A stretch of DNA of 64,000 nt from Octopus sinensis. Taxonomy: Eukaryota. The notes beneath the pieces are model-generated. The model was not told where the DNA came from. It made no database searches and saw only the letters and a program-made list of their open reading frames with translations. Shown here piece by piece: positions 1-13,362 of the stretch. The position numbers and the translations under genes are program-made. Each line of letters starts with the position of its first letter. Position 1 is the first letter of the stretch. Location of the stretch: positions 41,354,001-41,418,000 of the forward strand of contig NC_043001.1 in the NCBI RefSeq assembly GCF_006345805.1, in the 5' to 3' direction.

Positions 1-292
1 GGAAGAGGGAGACCCAGGAAGACATGGGATGAGGTGGTGAAGCACAATCTTCAAATGTTGGGCCTGACAGAGGTAATGACTAGCAACCAAGACCTTTGGC
101 AATATGCCATGCTTGAGAAGACTTGTCAAGTCAAGTGAAATCATAGCTGGGGTTGTTGTTGGTGTCATGGAACTGGCACCAATGCTGGTGTCATGTAAAA
201 AGCACTTTTCGAGCATTGGGCCTCATAGAGGCAATGTGGCCAATGTTGGTATCGTGTAACTAGCACCTGTGCCGGTGGAACATAAAAAACAC
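1..292 (+). mobile_element. RTE-clade LINE 3' end (ORF C-terminus plus 3' UTR tandem units)
   Basis: Frame from base 1 reads GRGRPRKTWDEVVKHNLQMLGLTEVMTSNQDLWQYAMLEKTCQVK* (stop 136-138), matching the RTE C-terminal RGRP..TW motif. It is followed by GTAAAAAGCAC-type units. Confidence 0.8.
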
Positions 293-673
293 CTTCTAAG
301 TCACTGTAGAAACTAAAATGGGGTCAGAACAAAGAATGTTAGAATGGACATGACCAAAATTTTACAATCTAATTCTAACATTCAAACAACTTCCAGAAAA
401 TAGTTATGTATATAAAAAGAGAAAATTCAAGAATATATGCAATTGAATATCATGATGTACAAAAAATTATAGCAGTATTTTAGGTGCAAATGAAGCACTG
501 GACATTATAAGCTACTAAGAATTAACCTAGAAGAAAGTTGCATTGTATCTGGAATAGTGATGGATGGCTGTAGTTATAACAAGGATGATGATGACAATGA
601 TATCAAGGTGTAAGAGGTAGGGAACAGAGGAAGAGGACATATTCCTAGTGCCACTAAAGCCAATATTGATTAA

Positions 674-876
674 CCCTTTCATTACCATATTTATTTTGAG
701 ATGCTCTGTTTCTTTCAATTAATTTTAAATATAACATAGAATTTAGTAAAATAACTTAGTTATCATTAACCTAGTGTTAGGAACATAAATTGTGGTTAAG
801 GTTTGGGGGAAGATTTTAATTAAAAAGTTATGAAAACAAGACATTTGTGGTTTCAGCCAGGTTGGTACCAAAAGGG
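674..876. mobile_element. piggyBac-type MITE
   Basis: TTAA at 670-673 and 877-880 flanks CCCTTTCATTACC...GGTACCAAAAGGG termini. Confidence 0.8.
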
Positions 877-1589
877 TTAATAAAGGATCTTATAAACAAA
901 CAGGTAGCCAGATAGATGAGTAAATTTTGCTCAACTGAATTCTTTGAATCAGTACTGAAATTGTGATAGAAATATTTTGTAAAATGTTTTTCAACACTAT
1001 GCTGTTAAAAACAATCTTGTGATTCTGTTTGACAATCAGCACTGATAATATAGTAAATTGAGAGGTTACTTAACAGTAACCTTATAATGATTATCTTGAA
1101 CTTAAAACTGATATTATGCTTATTAGAAGAATAGACAGAAAGAATTATGCTGAACTAATAGACATCTTTTTTACATACATTACTTCTCTGATTACATTTC
1201 TTCAATGACAATGGTTTAACTAACATAACAGTTGCAAATGGCGCATAAGGGTTGCTAAATAACAATCTTATTTATTTAATTGATGCTAGAATACCTAGAG
1301 AGCCATTACATAATTAAATCAAACAATCTATGTTTTATGCAACTTCATTGCTTCAGTGCCAAATCTGTAACTGAGCAATGAAATACAACTGATTTAGTCT
1401 TATTACAATACTAGAAATGTAGCAGCAGTAATTGTAGCAATAGTAGTTATTGGTTAGTAATCTCTTCAACTTTGCTTGAGCAGATTCTGAAACAAGGTAA
1501 CCATCCAAGCAATAAAAACTAACTTGCATATCCAACCACAGAACAGGACTCCATTGCACAATCCATTATATAATATTGCTGTTATTATT

Positions 1590-1790
1590 GCTGTTGTTCA
1601 GCCCCAGGTCAGCCCCAACTGAAGTCTTGTGATCAAAAGCAATCCATAATAATTACATCATTTTTGTTCAGCAACTGTATACTTAGTGTCCTATTATGCA
1701 AGGTGTCCCCCCTCTCTCTCTCTCTCTCTCTTTTATACAGATAATAGGGGTTTATTTGAAGGAGATTTGACTGCTTTTTCTAACGGCTCA
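1590..1790 (+). repeat. Unclassified interspersed repeat (CCCCAGGTCAG...GATTTGGCTGCTATTTCTA family)
   Basis: Similar sequence recurs at about 20490-20690, 23380-23440(-), 29170-29260, 40075-40270, 43560-43620, 54150-54350(-) and 60000-60140. Confidence 0.55.
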
Positions 1791-2204
1791 ACTTAGCTAA
1801 TGCATAAACCTAGTAATTGATATAACCTAAGTTGCTACTAAATGAGGTATAATAGTCTAAAGAAAGATTGCTCTTTTTTGATAATAAAACAAAAAAGCTC
1901 TCAAAAAAGGAGGTTAACATGACTTAGTGAATAAAGAAAAGTATATGCTAACTGGCCAGTAGCTAGAGATATGTTTTTCTTCTCTTTATTCCCTTGATAT
2001 TTAAAAAAAACCAAAAACAACAGAACTAGGGATTTGTTCAGTGATATATATTCCAAAAGAATTTTATGCTTTGGGTGTGTAAATAAAACATTTTATTCAT
2101 TTATTTACTTGGTTTACATAGACGGAACCCTTCATGTCCAGAAAGACTTATTATTAAATATTATTAGACAGGATCATACATTTATTAATATAGAAGCAAA
2201 AACA

Positions 2205-2450
2205 TGTGATGGTAGTGGTGGTGATGATGATAGTGATAGTGTTGATAGTAGTGAGCATGATAATGCTGGTGAGGATACTGATGATGATGATGCTGATAAC
2301 AGTGCTGGGTGGTGGAGATGGTGATGACTGGATAGTGAAAATGTTGATATTGGTGGTGGGATGTTGATGGCAATAGTGCTGACAATGGTAGTGATGATGC
2401 TGATAATGACAGTGGTGGCAATGATGATTGTGATCCTTGATCATGATAGT
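2205..2450. repeat. Degenerate (GAT/GGT)n trinucleotide tract
   Basis: Runs of gatgatgat and ggtggt explain the His/Thr/Asp-rich ORFs in the track. Confidence 0.85.
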
Positions 2451-2866
2451 ATAATAATGGAAAAGAAAATTATAAATCATAAGGAAATGTTATATATTTA
2501 ATGTTTGCTAAAAAAGAATATTTTGAAAAGCTAATAGAAATAAACAAAATGGGGTGGTGTATGAAAAGGAAACAAAAAAAAAACAAAAAAAAAACAAATT
2601 GATAGACAAAGAATGAGAAATACAGAAATAACTTTAAATGAAGAAATATAATAGAAACCTTTGCCTTTCACCAAAAGGAAAAGGAAACACCATGTGAGTA
2701 AATAAATTATGAACATAACATATATATGAATTGTTAAGGTTAGCTGAGGCAGCAATGATTTTTTTTCATTTTTTAAGCATTGTTCAGTTTGTTTATTTAG
2801 TAATTGCTTCATAAATTTAGAGTAGCAATCAAAATAATAACAGGAAAAAGGAGAGGTATGTATGTG

Positions 2867-2920
<54 letters not shown>

Positions 2921-3834
2921 TTGTCAATAGAAAATGTAACCAGAAGGGGATTTCATTTAATTCTGAGATAAACAAGAAGGTAGTTCATATACTACAGAAC
3001 AAAAGTAGAAAAGAGATGAAAAAATGAAATAAAATAAAAGATGTTTTATGAAAGATAAACAATCACTGAAACATATGGCATTAAAATCAATCTTCTTTGT
3101 GTTTTACCTCTAGACAAATGCAAGAGGTCAGGGCCTTTTCTTTATTTGAATATAAAAAAAACCCTCCAATATATGTATGTATGTATTTTGACATACTTAC
3201 TTACATTCACTTGCATGTGAATTGCTTTAATAATATTTAAGATATGGGGATTAAAAATTCACATAGCATCTCTTTAAGATTATTGCTACAATTAAATCAT
3301 ATCACTATAGGAAGACTTCCACTTCTCAAAACAGAGGACTAACAAAATTCCTTGAGTAATCTTAATGATCATAGATATTAAAAAAAAGAAACCAACTATG
3401 AGAAGAATCTTATTACTAATACTGACATCAGTGAATGCCTCTTGAAAGTTCATGTGAATGGATTACATTTGTGATATAGGAAGTTTTACATTTGTGAAAT
3501 ACAAGTTTAAAAAAAAAATTATTTGAGAGTGAATATAGGAAGAAATGTAAACTTAGCTAAATACTGAAAGTATTCTTGAACTAAAGAATTATTATGAAAT
3601 ATTCATTACTGTAAGGGCTGGCATCAGGATATTCTCTATCCTGGACCAATCCTACACTAAGCACCTACTTCTTCTAGCTCTAGAGTTTGTACTCCTTTCT
3701 TCCAATCATACATTGAGAGAATCCTTCAGTAAATTATTTTTCTACAATATTCCAGCTATCACTCTCATCACACCAGCTGGAAAATGCAGTCAGGAAATTA
3801 TAACTGACTTGCAAACAAAAAGAAATCTATAGTT

Positions 3835-3955
3835 TTCAACCACATGGCTCTGGGTCAAGTCCTACTGTGAGGCACCTTGGACAACAACCTTGTGAGCAAA
3901 TTTGGTAGATGGAAACTGCAAGAAACTTGTCAATATGTATATATACATGTGTATG
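3835..3955 (+). mobile_element. tRNA-headed SINE family A, degenerate partial copy
   Basis: caaccacatggctctgggtcaagtcc...ccttgtgagcaaatttggtagatggaaactg matches the other family A copies. Confidence 0.7.
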
Positions 3956-4558
3956 CATCTTTGAGTTTGATCCCACCACCACTTGACATCCTTATTTGTT
4001 TAAATTGGTGATGTCACCTACTTTCTTTTATGTTTTTAACTAGATTAAGAAATTCATATAAAGTTATTTGTGAGGTCACCAAGTTTAGTATCCTACATGA
4101 TCACCTTGTTTGCCTAGAACATAGTATCAGCCTTAATTACTACAACAGCTTTGAAGTATAATGATAAATGTAAAGCGAAGTTTCCTAGAAAACCAAAGAC
4201 AAAAAAACAATTTCTTCTTTCAAGAATCTTTCAGTAGAATAAATGAGAAAATCAATTTGTTCTAAAGTCATGAAGTCTACAGTTTGAAAGCAATCATAAT
4301 GAGAGAGAGAGAAAAAAAAAAGTCAATCATAATATAATTTTGAATATCTTCTACATTTGTTCCTGAATTTTTTATATCAACCTGTGACCATTTGTGTCAC
4401 AGGTTGAAATAAGAGAGAAGGCTGTAGTCAAATGAAAAATATAGAGTCAAAGACTTAGACAGCTTACACTGAAGCAAAAAACAGTTTGCTAATAATTTAC
4501 ACATACTTGAATGAATTTCAACAGAAAATTAGTTAATTCTTCTAGTTCAGCTTTATAT

Positions 4559-4589
<31 letters not shown>

Positions 4590-4601
4590 ACACACTCACA
4601 C

Positions 4602-4760
4602 AATGCTGGTGTCATGCTGGTAGCACATAAAAAGCACCCATTAAACTCTTGGAGTGGTTGGTATTAGGAAGGGCATCCAGCCATAGAAACCATGCCAAAT
4701 CAGATTGGAACCTGGTGCAGATCTCCAGCTTTAGTGAAACCATCTAACATATGCCACATA
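4602..4760 (+). mobile_element. Headless RTE-tail repeat (family D), one unit
   Basis: ataaaaagcaccc...ggagtggttggtattaggaagggcatccagc core is shared with 35575-36050. Confidence 0.7.
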
Positions 4761-5249
4761 GTAAGGGTGAACTCAAAACAAATGGTTGAGAAGTAAGCTT
4801 CTTAACTATACAGCTATGCTTGTGTTTTATATATATATGTATATATACGCAAAACAGACAATGTAAAAAAAAAAAGGATGTATGCAAACCAGGTAAAAAT
4901 TTATAATTCAAACGCTTTAGCTTATAGTATTACAACATTATGTATGATATTACTATATCTGAAAAGAAAATATTGCTTTGGAGACCTGTGAGAAGTAAGC
5001 TGAAACCCCATCTTTAAAAATGCTTTAAAAGTTTTCCACTCCATTTAAATGATTATATGTGTTAAATGAATGTGCAAAACATCACTGAGCAAGCTACAAT
5101 AACTCCTTTCCCTGGTATCAATTCTAGCTCTACAAACTAAGCTACACAGATCCTTTGTTGAATAGTTCCCCAATTCTCCTTTGACCAACCAACTATTATC
5201 TTTTCAATACACTTGCATACTAATAACACAAGCAAAAGCATTCTCACAG

Positions 5250-5291
<42 letters not shown>

Positions 5292-5667
5292 GATCCTTTG
5301 AAAATCAAACAAAACGAATTTTTTGCCCCACTACTTAGATAACAGCATATACTTTCAATAAAATAATTACAGACATATCTAAGAAACATATTCCAAGAGG
5401 CAACATCAAAAAATATAATTCTCCCTCCAAAAGTGAAATAGCTAAACTAATGAGAACTAGAGATAGCAGCAAGCATAATACCACAATACTATATAAAAGA
5501 ATAATGAAACTCGGAAAAAAAAAAAGAGAATATTCATGGAACCAATGGTGGGATAGCTTAGAAACCAATTAGTATCAACAATTTGAACTGTGTGGCTTCA
5601 ATTACATGTTACAACTGTAATTCTAAACAACATACGTCTGCAATAATAAAAATAACAACAACTACAA

Positions 5668-5886
5668 TACCTATTTTTACTAAAGGCACAAGGCCTGAAA
5701 TTTGGGGGAAGGGGTAGTCGATTACATTGCCCCTGGAACTTGACTGGTATTTATCTCATCAACCCAGAAAAGAATCAAACATAACATCAACATCAGCTGA
5801 ATTTGAACTCAGAACGTAAAGACAGATGAAACACCATTAAACATTTTGTCTGGTATACTGACAATACTGCCATCTGGTTGCCTTAT
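5668..5886 (-). mobile_element. tRNA-headed SINE family B
   Basis: Reverse complement of the AAGGCAG..GCAG...GTTCTGAGTTCAAAT head and the ccttcccccaaatt tail seen at 24486-24700. Confidence 0.7.
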
Positions 5887-6295
5887 GATGATAATGACGA
5901 TGATCATAATAACGATGATAATAACGACGACGACAACGATAAGAGCACTCAGAGAGCGCAAACCTCCACCAATGCAACACCAACGTTCTTTCAACGAATA
6001 ACCGGAGATGATTTTTAAAATAAGAATATCTGAAATAAAATCCTTCATTGAATATCATGATACCTTTTGGTTTCCACTTCTCTTAAATTCCTGTCTTCCT
6101 TTATAATCCTGTTGTTTAAGATTGATGTATAGAATTATATATATCATCATCATCATCATCATCGTTTAACGTCCGTTTTCCGCGCTATCACGGGTTATCT
6201 AAGTATACTGTAAAGTGTTAACATGTATGTATAATCTAATCTAATAATGAGTGTTGTCCTTTTATATCTTTGTATATATATTTGTATATAAGAGC

Positions 6296-6614
6296 AGTCT
6301 ATTGGTTACAACATTGAGGGTCCCAGCTGATATGATCAATGGAACAGCTTGCTCATGAAATTAACATGCAAGTGGCTGAGCACTCCACAGATATGTGTAC
6401 CCTTAAAGTAGTTCTCAGGGAGATTCAGTATGACACAGAGTGCGACAAGGCTGGCCCTCTGAAATACAGGTACTACTCATTTTTGTCAGCTGAGTGGACT
6501 GGAGCAATGTGAAATAAAGTGTCTTGCTCAAGGACAGAATGTGTCACCAGGAATGGAACTCATGACCTTACGATCATGAGCTGAATGCCCTAACCACTAA
6601 GCCATGCGCCTTCA
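6296..6614 (-). mobile_element. tRNA-headed SINE family C
   Basis: Minus strand shows A box TGGCTTAGTGG, B box GAGTTCCATTCC and a TGTCCTTGAGCAAGACACTT central domain; homologous to 7750-7900. Confidence 0.8.
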
Positions 6615-6678
6615 CATATATTTGTGTGTGTGTGTATATATATATATTTGTATATTTGTGAATATATATATATATATA

Positions 6679-6995
6679 TCATCATCATCGTCGTTTAATG
6701 TCTGTTTTCCATGCTAGCATGGGTTGGACGGTTCGACTGGGGTCTGAGAAGCCAGAAGGCTGCACCAGGCTCCAGTCTGATCTGGCAGTGTTTCTACAGC
6801 TCGATGCCCTTCCTAATGCCAACCACTCTGAGAATGTAGTGGGTGCTTTTTACATGCCACCAGTACAGGGGCCAGAGGAGCTGGCATCAACCACAATCGG
6901 AAGCCAGTCAAAGCAGCACTGGCATCGGCCATGTTCAGATGCTGCTTTTTACGTGCCACCAGCACGGGTATCACAATTATAATTTCCATTTGATT
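6679..6995 (-). mobile_element. Headless RTE-tail repeat (family D)
   Basis: (ATC)n tail followed by reverse-complement GTAAAAAGCA units. Confidence 0.8.
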
Positions 6996-7654
6996 TTCAT
7001 TTTGATGTACTTGATTCAATAGGTCTCCTCAAGCACAGCAGGTCGCCCTACAATCCAAGGTACTTTTAAATGGGCTGAGGCTGGTTATGTGAAATTACAA
7101 AAATAAATAAACATTTTAGAAATATCTTTACCCTAATGATGAATACCTCTGAATAATCAGCAGTAAGTCTTAAAATTAAATGTACTTACCATAACTCACA
7201 TATGTTACAGTTTAGAATGCTTATACATTCTATTATTATTTTTATTTTATCTTCTCTAAGTAACTTTTGAGCCCATCAAGACAAATTTCAAACTATCACT
7301 GACATAAACTTTCAAACTTGTTTCCCAAAATAACTTGTAAAAAATATAAATTTAAAAAAATGATTATTTTTAGATGCTAAATAACATTAATACATATTCC
7401 CACGATACCTAAACAAATTAAAAACTTAGAATTACAACAAAAGAATAAAAGTTACAATAAACAAATCCCACTATTGCAATATTCAAAATGTTTTGAATGA
7501 AGAAAATACCACATCATGCTACACAGACAATGAGGAATTCCATAATTCATTGTGTTGTAGGGGTAACCCATAATCTAAACAAAAAGTATCTTAACTGCCA
7601 TACAACCAAACACTGCACAGTATATGACAATGTCCAAGATGATGATGATGATGA

Positions 7655-7697
<43 letters not shown>

Positions 7698-7749
7698 CAT
7701 AAATATACACACATACACTCACACAAATATATGTATATATATATATATG

Positions 7750-7900
7750 TGAAGGCGTGTGGCTTAGTGGTTAGGGCATTCAGCTCATGATCATAAGGTC
7801 ATGAGTTCCATTCCTGGTGACGCATTGTGTCCTTGAGCAAGACACTTTATTTCACATTGCTCCAGTCCACTCAGCTGACAAAAATGAGTAGTACCTGTAT
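7750..7900 (+). mobile_element. tRNA-headed SINE family C, 3'-truncated
   Basis: gtggcttagtggttagggcattc...gagttccattcc, ending in a local ATGAGTAGTACCT duplication. Confidence 0.8.
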
Positions 7901-8109
7901 GAGTAGTACCTAAAGTACTTCAAAATCATATTGCAAGACATGAGGATTACAGTGAAGCACAAATTTTGTTATCACTCTGACATAAGTTTGTTTAGCAGGG
8001 CTGATTGGTGCAACAGCACTAATAAATTAAAAAACATAATCTATGTCTGTTAATATATTAAAAAAAAAAACTATATGTAAAGATGAAAAAGAAACAGCAT
8101 AGAAATGCC

Positions 8110-8450
8110 CCAACTGGTTGATGTCAGCCCCCTCGTCCTGACTGGCTTCTGTGCTGGTGGCATGTTAAAAGCACCATCTAAACGTGGCTGATGCCAGCAC
8201 TGCCTTGACTGGCTCCCATGCCGGTGACAGGCGAAAAAGCACCATCTGATCATGGTCGATGCCAGCCCCCTCTGGCTCCTGTGCCGGTCGCACATAAAAA
8301 GCACCCACTACACTCACAGAGCGGTTGGCGTTAGGAAGGGCATCCAGTTGTAGAAACATTACCAGAATCTGGTGCAGCCTCCTGGCTTTCCAGACCTCAG
8401 TCAAACTGTCCAACCCATGCCAGCATGGAAAACAGATGATGATGATGATG
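8110..8450 (+). mobile_element. Headless RTE-tail repeat (family D), three units
   Basis: Three AAAAGCACC units, gttaggaagggcatccag core and (GAT)n tail. Confidence 0.8.
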
Positions 8451-8576
8451 TGATATCTATTTCTCATTTATTTTGTCTGTCTGTTTAGTAATCACTGACT
8501 TGACACTTATTCAGAAACTTTAAAATTAGCTAATTTAAATTGATTCTTTGATTCTTCAGCATTAACTATCATCATT

Positions 8577-8581
<5 letters not shown>

Positions 8582-8636
<55 letters not shown>
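8582..8636. repeat. (GT)n microsatellite
   Basis: Uninterrupted tg run. Confidence 0.95.
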
Positions 8637-8640
<4 letters not shown>

Positions 8641-10284
8641 AGTAAACTGATAAATGAAACATTTGACAAAACATTAAACTGATTCAAGTTTTTTTGACAG
8701 ATGCAACATGATTTTAAAATATAAGCGAACCTCTCTAACACTAAAATCACAAATAGTGGCAGAAATCTATCGTGAGAATGGCATCAATGCTATTTAGTAA
8801 GTACCTCTGAAGATTCTTGTGAAGTAGGGTGAAAGAAATCAATAACTCCAGCAGTTAGCAACTACCAGTCATTACACAGAAAACCACTGATGTTTCTGTG
8901 CAAGACTTTCAAAATTGAAGTGATCTCAGTAGGAAGTGGAAAGTGTTTCTTGTTATGCTTCAAGTAGCAGCTTTTCTGAATACATGACTACCATTTAACA
9001 ACAAGAAAACAGTTTTCCTGAACTGACTACTGTACACGTTTTAGCCTTTTCTTTTATTTTTAGTTATGTTCAAGATATTCAAATTGGTTTAGTAGGGAGA
9101 CCTAAGACACTGGTACATATGTAAACAAAATCAATTCTAACTTTTAGTTTTAAAAATGTGTATCTGAAAAATTTGTTTATGTAGGCACCATAGCGTAATG
9201 GGAAGCTAATAGAGTTGAGTTCAGAGTATGGGTTCTATTCTTAGCTAAGCTATTCCACTTAATTTACTATTCATATCTACAACTTCTGATGATGCTCAAT
9301 AATCTGGAGAGGGATGGTTTATGTAGAGATGACTTGTTCATTACATATTATAGGAAGAATTTTGGTGATAAGTCAGTGACATTAATAGTAAAGGGATAAG
9401 CTTTCAGTTTATGAAATAGAGCTACATTGTGCTTTCTTGAGACGTACTTAGCCTGACTGTTTTAGATTAAAATACAATGCTCAGTTCACTTCAGAGGTCA
9501 CAATAGTTTTGCAGATGATATAATAAACAATCCTTTTCTACTTTTATCCCAATCTTTCACAATATTTCATCTATTCTCTACCATACTATATGGTGAACAG
9601 TTCTTTCGTAATTTGCTTGCTTCACTGTCATTTGGACTAGTTTATAGTTTGTTTATTTTAATTAATAGGAGATATACCCTATTTACCAGAATCATTTTAG
9701 TTTATAAAAAATTGATAGTTTAAAAAACTGTCCAGTTACTGAAATCCATTTTGAAAGAGAAATACAACTATATTCATTATCCTTGTCATCATTATTTCAA
9801 TAGCCAGTTGTTTGTGCTGGTATGAGTTAGTTGGGTCTACTGTGTGGCATTTGCTCATTCATTTCGTTCCTGTGCTGTTTTACATAAAACAGAAAAAGAA
9901 GAAAAAAAAAACACTGCTCAGTTGGTACTGTGGTTTTTAGCTCTCTGTTATTGATTAGTACTTTGGACTCTATATTATTCTTCTAGATTGAAATCTAAAT
10001 CTGCAGCAACCTTTAGCACATGGGTGTATAATGATATTGTATCAAGAACTAATAAATAAAAGTGGCAAGAGGAAACTGAGGAATAGCTTATACTAACTTG
10101 ATCATTGAATTTGTTCACATGACTCTCAAACAGGTCATCTACACCTAGCTTTCTTAGCTGCCACTAAACTACAGTGCATGTACTCATCTACATACTTTTC
10201 TAGATGAAATTTCATAATTAGACTAGTGAAGCTTGATTAAACTATAAACTCTATCTTTCAGTACTTATTTATTTACACATAAGA

Positions 10285-10520
10285 CACAGGCACAGCTGAC
10301 ATGGCTGTGTGGTAAGAAGTTTGCTTCCCAATTGCATGACTCCGGGTTCAGTCCCACTGTGTGGCACCCTGATCGAATTTCTATTATAGCTCCCACCCCT
10401 GGGATGACCAAAGGCTTGTGAATGGATCTGGTAGACAGAAACTGAAAGAAGCCTGTCATATGCATGTATATATGTCCGTGTCTCTTTGTCTTGATGTTGT
10501 GTGATAGTTGTAAAATGATC
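10285..10520 (+). mobile_element. tRNA-headed SINE family A
   Basis: TGGCTGTGTGGTAAGAAG A box and GGGTTCAGTCCC B box. Confidence 0.8.
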
Positions 10521-11044
10521 GCCACTGTCTTGACTTGGCTTTGCCACTGGATAGAATGATGGTCACAGATGAGAGAGTGATGTTGATGGTGCAGAACTCT
10601 TCTTCACTTTCAACAAAGCCACTGACAAGTCATCAGTCACCCTTGCAGAGGACTCATCACTCTGACAGACAAACATGACTCTAGAATGTATCTGTAGATT
10701 TTGTCTATCACTGTATATATAGACAGTGGTAAAAATGAACAGTAAAATAGGGATCAGTTGAAGTTTCAGTCCGAAAGTGAAATTTCATTCCTGACTCAGT
10801 ACCTGCTTTAATTGTCCATGCTGACACTGTTTATAAACCCCTCATTACTAAAAGCTTAAGTAAATCAGTTGTACTGACTTGCAAGTAAATATTTTCTCCA
10901 ATAGAATAAAGCATTACAAAACACTTTATGATGGTCACTCTCATAAATTTCAACAGATGAGAGTTTGAAGGAGAGGATTTAAGAAGAAGAAGAGAGAGAG
11001 AGAATAAAAAACAATTAAAATAAAAGAAGCTGCATCTAGTTGCA

Positions 11045-11682
11045 TGCATGAATGCGATTTTAGTCCAGGTGGGGATTTTTCTATGACGTCACTATGGGGA
11101 CACTGAAGGTTTTGATTTTGTCAGGGATTGAGCAAAAGCCAGTTATTCAATAAATGAGTTATTCAAGCCAGTTATTCAATAAATGAGTGATCGTCCAAAA
11201 CTGACCAGAAATCAGGGTAAAATAAGAAGGAAAAAATTATTATATTCAGTAAATGCACTGGTCCAATGAAGCAATCCAACTGATAACATGGTGTGCCTCT
11301 TCAGCAGTACAATGCTCACCCTTACATCACTACTTTGACCAAAAATGCTGTTTTAAGAGCTCAGTTGGGAAGTTTAACTACATCCATCATAGTCTCTTGA
11401 TATAGCACCTTCAGATTATCACCTTTTACAGTCACTCTCCAAAAGTCTGTGATGTGTTTTTTTTTCAAAAATGACGCGGAGCTGCAAATGACTTGAATTC
11501 TTTAAGTCAAGACCCAGTGAATTCTATGTCAAGGTATTGACAATCTCAGGGAACATTGGCAAAGAAGTCATGAACGATGAAGGAAAATATAGTATTTACT
11601 GATTCGTTAAAATCGTTGATGAAAAATAAGGATTAATATAAATGGAAAAAACAAACAAACAAAAACCTACCTGACAACCCTG
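11045..11682 (+). mobile_element. Mariner transposon 3' half, decayed
   Basis: Reads QYNAHPY (the DNARPH motif) and HP.*SLDIAPSDYHLLQSL; a GIDNL..W..VMNDEG-like end; TIR ...CCTGACAACCCTG followed by TA at 11683-11684. Confidence 0.8.
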
Positions 11683-12189
11683 TACATACATGCAAATATG
11701 AAATGGACTATGTCCAATGTGGAGTTGGGAAGCCCATGGTTCAAATGAGAGCTCAATACATGCATTGGATAGAATAGATATATTTACAAGTATCAAAAGG
11801 CCCAATGGAAAGGTTGTTCAGTTGACAGGTACAGTGAATTATAATCTGAGCCTTTAAATCAGCTATTTCTACAAATGAACTAATTTATTACTAATACACA
11901 TACATATGTATTTATCAATTACATCCCAGTCATGATTAGCAAAATGCAAAACCAGTATCATAATATTCTAGCCTTTTAAAATATATTAGAAATATATAAA
12001 TTGTGTGCATTTCCCTTTTTTTGTTATATATTTTTTCACTGCAATTCACCATATAAGGAAAATATTTTCAATGAAATTCTTTATTACTAAATTATATATA
12101 TATATGTGTGTATATATATATATATGTATTACTATAATATACTATGTAATATATATATATCATTATTGTTCACTATAATACATATATAT

Positions 12190-12770
12190 ACCTGCCCCTA
12201 GATATATAAATAAAGACTGAATAGGATACAAAGAGTTTGTGACAAAGCAAACAGAGTAAACATGTGGTACAAGACCGACAAATATCAAGGAGTGATGTTT
12301 GTAGAGGTCACAGTACATGGAGAACTAGGAAAGCTCTGAAGGTGGCTAAACTCAACATTAAGATCATTGAAAAGCCAGAGAACTCAATCAGATCACAACA
12401 ATGTAGGATATACCCCTTTGAGAATACCACATGCACCAATGATAACTGCATGGTGTCTAATACTAACCCTGGCATTAACTGTAAAGCTAGAAATGTAGTC
12501 TACAGCATAAGGTGCATAGAGGGTGCTTGTAAAGGCAAGAACATAATATACATAGGTGAGACATCTAGATGCATTGCGGGTAGACTAAATGAACATTTGA
12601 GACAATATGACAAAAAACAATCTTCCAAACTCTACCAACATGGAAGCACACTGGGTCAACTTGACATCTGCATTTTATCCAAGCACCTGAGGGACCCAGC
12701 ACTCAGGCAAGTACAAGAGTACATCCTCATTAATGAAACATCCCCAGTACTAAACAGGAAATATATACAT
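12190..12770 (+). pseudogene. Penelope-like element C-terminal fragment with GIY-YIG endonuclease
   Basis: NVVYSIRC...YIGETSR..RLNEH...P.LRQVQE..I....PVLNRK. Upstream Cys-rich linker, plus WYKTDKYQGVMFVEVT..ELGK in another frame (frameshift near 12325-12340). Confidence 0.85.
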
Positions 12771-13362
12771 AGGTGTCATACTCCAATACCCACAGTTTAT
12801 ATATACACAGTGTTGTTAGTAGGCAATTATGCAGGCATGGGTGTACATGTACTGATGCACATGTATGCAAGCAAACAAACAAAGAAAAAGAAAGTAGTTC
12901 CGATAATGGACAGAGACAACGACTATTGGAAAGGTTGCAAGACGTATTGAAAATTTTAGTAAAAATAAGTAAATGAGTGGAAATCAGACTGGTGAGTGTG
13001 TTAAATTAATAAGGCACTAAAAGAGAATGACTCTCCCCAGACACAATAAAATATGCTTCAACACATAAATTCACATAAAGAATCTTGCAAACCAAATACA
13101 AAAACGATTAAAAAAAACAGTTCTCTTGTAATACAATACTGCTATATATTTAATACAGGTCTACTTTGTGTGAATGTGATAAGTAATATCAGAAACTTGG
13201 GAACAAATGGCAAAGTGTTAAAACATTAAAAATGAAAGCATTTTTATTAGCTACCTAATATATCAAGCATTTTTTTTCACACTAAGTTTTGACTTAACTA
13301 AAAATAGCTGTAAACATACCTTGTGTAACACAAATTTAATAATATATTTTTATTTTATTTAC

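Noticed and set aside
5809-6058. Apparent transmembrane ORF
   Set aside because: It is built from a (GAT/GAC)n tract, a SINE and a repeat end.
7750-7825. tRNA-like A and B boxes (also in family A and B heads)
   Set aside because: They continue into SINE bodies, occur in many diverged copies, and have no intact cloverleaf.
11596-11805. ORF with an apparent CAG|GTAGG donor as the next lectin exon
   Set aside because: The donor is part of the mariner TIR and no frame gives CTLD motifs.
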